A stretch of DNA of 64,000 nucleotides from Mytilus trossulus (taxonomy: Eukaryota): contig NC_086382.1 of the NCBI RefSeq assembly GCF_036588685.1, positions 52,576,001 through 52,640,000 on the forward strand, in the 5' to 3' direction. Made by a program: the position numbers and the translations under genes. Shown here in pieces: positions 59,820-64,000 of the stretch (position 1 is the stretch's first letter; the number at the start of each line of letters is the position of its first letter). Under the pieces are notes generated by a model, which worked only from the letters and a program-made list of their open reading frames with translations, searched no databases and was not told the DNA's origin.

Positions 59820-61630
59820 ATGCAGGACTACACTGACTTCTGTCAACCGCTACATGTAGAGGTCGCCACTGAAATAAATTCATACTCTGGACAGAATGGA
59901 GGTAAGCATAAATTATTTTTAATTTTGATTGAATATTACATGTCTTGGACCACTTCTATAAACAACTGCATGGACTCGTTGGTATCCAGCACGTTTTTTA
60001 CACTATACATAAATAATACTTGCCAAAGGTTCTTCTATTGCCAGCTGCCCATTGTTGAGTCGGTGTAATATACATATTCACTGTACACAAATAATCATGC
60101 GGTTGAAAAGATTTTTTGTTTAAAAACTATCGCACCCTTAAATTGGAATTCAGAACTTCAATGATCCATAAAATAATCCGCTCCGGAACCGTGCGAGAGT
60201 CAAAGATATTCATGAATATGTATCAGTGCGATCAGTATTAAATCTGAAATAGTTAATTTATAAGCATATCATAGAATTCCGCATACCAATATCGAGCATA
60301 GCTTAACAATTGTAAATAAATCGAATTAGAATGATTGTCATAATAAAATTTTTCAATTTCAAAATTGGTCAAGTTACCAGGTTAGAAAACTTACATGACC
60401 GATGGTAAACGAATGTAGTGATGTCTTATGCTTAGATTAGAGTCGATTTTCAATCTGCTTTTATACGTGGAACTTTTAGTTCTAGATAACTTATCAGCGT
60501 ATTTTATACAAGTAACACTACGGGTGACACATGTAAAGCAAGATCAAGCTACTTACCCTTCCAGGCCACCTAAGATCACACCCGATTTTTGGTGGGGTTT
60601 GTGTTGCAGTGCTGTGTTTTTTATGGTGCGAGTCTTATACAGTTGTTTGCCTATTGATCCTTTTCCCTGGGCATAGTCAGATTGTTTTCGACTCATGACT
60701 TAAAGGGTTGCCAAATTTATACCTAACGAAATTAATTTTAGTTTTTACCCTCTCATGAATATGCGTTACATAGGTTGTAATATAACTTCGCTGCTGAACG
60801 ATTAAAAGTTTATTCTTTTTTTTTAATGATTTTTTGTTTTAAAATGTATATTGCTATATATGGCGAGGTGTATAAGATTTCGTAGAAACGTCACAAGGAA
60901 GGGTGCTATTATTTATGTTTTTGAATAAAAATGCAAACAGTTGATATCAAAATAATATAAGAACATGAAAACGATGCGAATTTTTAAAGATTTCCGAGCA
61001 GATTTTCTTTCAGGTCTTCGCTTAAACATATAAATGAATGGCTTACTAAACACCAATGAGATACAATCTAGATGCTATTCATACACTTCAAAATATCAAG
61101 TGCTTGAAAAATTTGTCAGTCTTTTGTTGTCGTATTTAGCTATGTTCTTGGGATAGTTATTATTTCATTTATAATATTCAGATGTAACTGTCAGATATAT
61201 GACTGGGGTTGAAAAGACCCTTTCTATTCTACTGCATCAATAAAAACATGGTTCACTACTCACTCTTGACCTATAGACGGTCAAATGGTTTTCTTGTAAG
61301 ACTTCTTTACTTGGACTATAAAAACGTTTTGTCATCTCATCTGGTGCACCATTAATTGTGGACAATGACCCTTTTTCGAACGTGAATTTTGAAATGATAT
61401 CGGATTAAAATTTTATGTATTTAACCCTGCAACCCTAACCCCTTAGGTCAATGGTCATCATTATACTATGAATTGATGCAATGGTAGTATAATAAATATC
61501 ATCGAAAGATGTGGGAATAAAAGATGTCTCATTTTTCAGACTCTCGTAACTCCGAGGATATGGAGACAAGTGGTGTGGGAAACTATGAAATTTGTTACTC
61601 CTCAACGTTCTCGGGGTTTTTGTGTTCTTA
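59820..61630 (+). other. Possible exons of an unidentified gene (59820-59901; 61540-...), with candidate upstream exons ending at 57126 and starting at 58315
   Basis: Good acceptor (TTTTCCATTTGTAG) and donor (G|GTAAGC) bracket MQDYTDFCQPLHVEVATEINSYSGQNG; it joins in phase to DSRNSEDMETS.. at 61540. A CpG-rich stretch with reverse CCAAT lies at 56930-57030, with CAG|GTAAG at 57126. No recognisable domain. Confidence 0.3.
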
Positions 61631-63242
61631 ATTATTATGCTTGAATGAAGTAATAAGCCGGATTTCCATTCAACGTGTCAAAAAATATTTGTTAAAATAT
61701 GTAAATGTAAAATTACAGATCATAGAAACTAGGGTCTCAAATACTAGTTTAGACATTTAGCTACACTCATACACTGTTCATGTTTATGGCAAATCTATAC
61801 TATAAAGTTTAGTATATCTAAATTTTGTATAGTTTGCTGACCTTTTGCTGTACAATTATTGTGTTTCACATTGATACATGCTATTTTTTCTGTTGGAAAA
61901 ACGAATAAGAACATTCTATAAATTACCTGCCTTAATATTAAATGTTATTCTTAGAATTTATAGTAATTGTTGGCTAGTGAACAGCATGCTTCGAATATAC
62001 TCCTTTGGGATCTAATGAACAGGAGCAATCAGCACTTTAATGTCGACAGCTCATGGCAGTATACCAAAATATGCCTTTATTACAATATATAAAAAAACAT
62101 ACCCTCCCTCTCATATAAAGTCCTAATTCAGACCGTACTTGGCTGCGTAGTTTTGCATCGCAAAAACTGCACCGGGATTCCCCACAAAGTCCAAGAGATG
62201 GTCATATTTCAATACTGGAGTTACCCGTATTTTTTATGAGGAACATTGCAGGAAGGCAACATTTGAAGTGGTATAAATGTTGTTATAGCCATTGTATTTT
62301 CAAAATACAAATACATTATGGAATTTATATTAAAAAAAGAAGTGAAAATCTCAATGCATTTGAGAATTTATTTTCAAACTTTTAATTTAAAAAAATGAAG
62401 TTTAGATTTCGAGCGAGTCGTTGAAATTTAAAACGAATTTCCCATCAGCGTCAGGTGTAGTATTCATCAATATAAAATTCTTAAATTTTGATTTGAAACC
62501 AGCAGACTATATACAATTATTAAATCTTTAAATCGTAAAATATACATTTAATTTGATAAAACTATTTAACAATCGAAGCCGCTCAAGTATAAATACCGGT
62601 TAAAGTCGATGACTTTTTTACTCCTTTATCAACTTTAACAATATTCAAGGAAAAGAATAGATTATTACAAAGGTGTGTAATCTTGTCACTGTGTACACAG
62701 AATAGGTGTCATTTTATGTAAACCCATTACAGATTTGTATAAACTTCAGGCTCATCTGTGGGGATATTTGTTAAAGTTCAGGCTTCTGTAGGGATATTTG
62801 CATCGTCTTCATCCAGCGTTGTTTAGATGTGTTTCACCTGGGACTTTAATAGTTTTTCTATTTGTGAATTGCTCGTTAATAAAAGCTAAAGTTGAAGTAG
62901 ACAATCAACTAACTTAATACCCACTTAAGATACACATGTAGCACCTGTCCTAGGATTATTAGTCTATAACGGTACACCATTGTTCCATTGGACAGCACAT
63001 GGCCTTTAGACGACTTTCATCTTAAATATTCAATACTAGCGGCTGCGAACATCTATACAATGTAACAGCTAGCTACCACAAATCAGATGACTTCTTCGTG
63101 AGAAGAATTATCTGCACATTGGCTGTTTATTTTATAGGCTTCGAAATTATATTTTATATAAATGCTGTATACCGATTAATCAAATATTTGATTTTTGCAT
63201 CAAATCTAGTATTTTCTGATTTATATCAACTTTTTCATATAA

Positions 63243-63505
63243 AATAAACTCATCATAGATACTAGGACTAAATTTAGTATATACGCCAGACGCGCGTTTC
63301 GTCTACAAAAGACTCATCACTCGAATCCAAAAAAAGTTAAAAAGGCCAAATAAAGTTCGAAGTTGAAGAGCATTGAGGACCAAAATTCCTAAAAGTTTTG
63401 CCAAATACAGCTAAGGTAATCTATGCCTGAGGTAGAAAAGCCTAAGTTTTTAAAAAAAATCTAAAATTTGTAAACAGTCAATTTATATATGTAACCATAT
63501 CAATC
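63243..63505 (-). mobile_element. Retrozyme fragment (second subfamily), hammerhead broken by a 6-bp deletion
   Basis: Reverse complement matches the unit (..GATTACCTTAGCTGTATTTGGC..CTCAATGCTCTTCAAC..GAG[del CGTCAC]TGATGAGTCTTTTGTAGACGAAACGCGCGTCTGGCG). Confidence 0.8.
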
Positions 63506-64000
63506 AATGAGAACGTCAAGTTATTTCGTGGCATAAGATTAGTGTTCTTTTTTTTAAAATATGATATTAAGGAAGCTCGCTACTCTTTTCCATAATAGCA
63601 AGCTCTTTAAAAGACTATTATAAATCGATAGCATATAAATAAATGAACTATGAAAGCAAACAGAATGTATGGTCCGTACCCTAGTCATTGAAAATTTGGC
63701 GGGAAATAATTATCTCTCAATTTTTCTTATATTCAACATTGACATTTACTTCTTTCAAATACTATGAATTTCATAATGTTTTCAAAATATGGCCTTTTGA
63801 TAATAAAAGTATGATGACAAGAAAAGATATAAGTAGGCGAAATGTTTACTATTACTACATGGATAAAACAATCGGATTCCGAATATCTTTACTTACAGGA
63901 GTTTTAAAAACAAAACAAGACCAGCGAACACCCTTTACATGTATATATCAGTTCTTTTTTTTGTGTGTGTGGTTTTTTTTTTAATACATTTGTGGGGGAA

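Overview
AT-rich, intron-containing eukaryotic DNA. The repeat families suggest a bivalve, most likely Mytilus; this is inferred from remembered repeat consensus, not a search. Nearly all entries in the ORF track are exon fragments or repeat noise, so genes were spliced by hand. (1) A cluster of three paralogous 9-exon genes (+4816-10274, -12726-17515, +22885-30658) encodes ~355-365 aa secreted proteins: signal peptide / cubilin-N-terminal-like beta-helix segment / He_PIG (putative Ig, cadherin-like) domain resembling those of marine phage and bacterial proteins / EGF / F5/8 type C (discoidin). (2) A 6-exon gene (+33167-38288) encodes a 235 aa single-pass receptor (SP-EMI-EGF-TM-tail). (3) A family of ~355-nt non-LTR retrozyme units carries minimal type I hammerhead ribozymes, including an intact tandem pair in sense orientation inside an intron of the EMI gene. 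(4) Other repeats: a 3.4 kb ~38-bp satellite that appears to have grown inside an interspersed repeat, nested MITEs (a piggyBac-type insert with its empty site visible in the opposite TIR), 41-bp and ~121-bp minisatellites, a decayed RTE-clade LINE and Penelope-like RT remnants. (5) Possible 5' exons of a further, unidentified gene lie near 57-61.6 kb.
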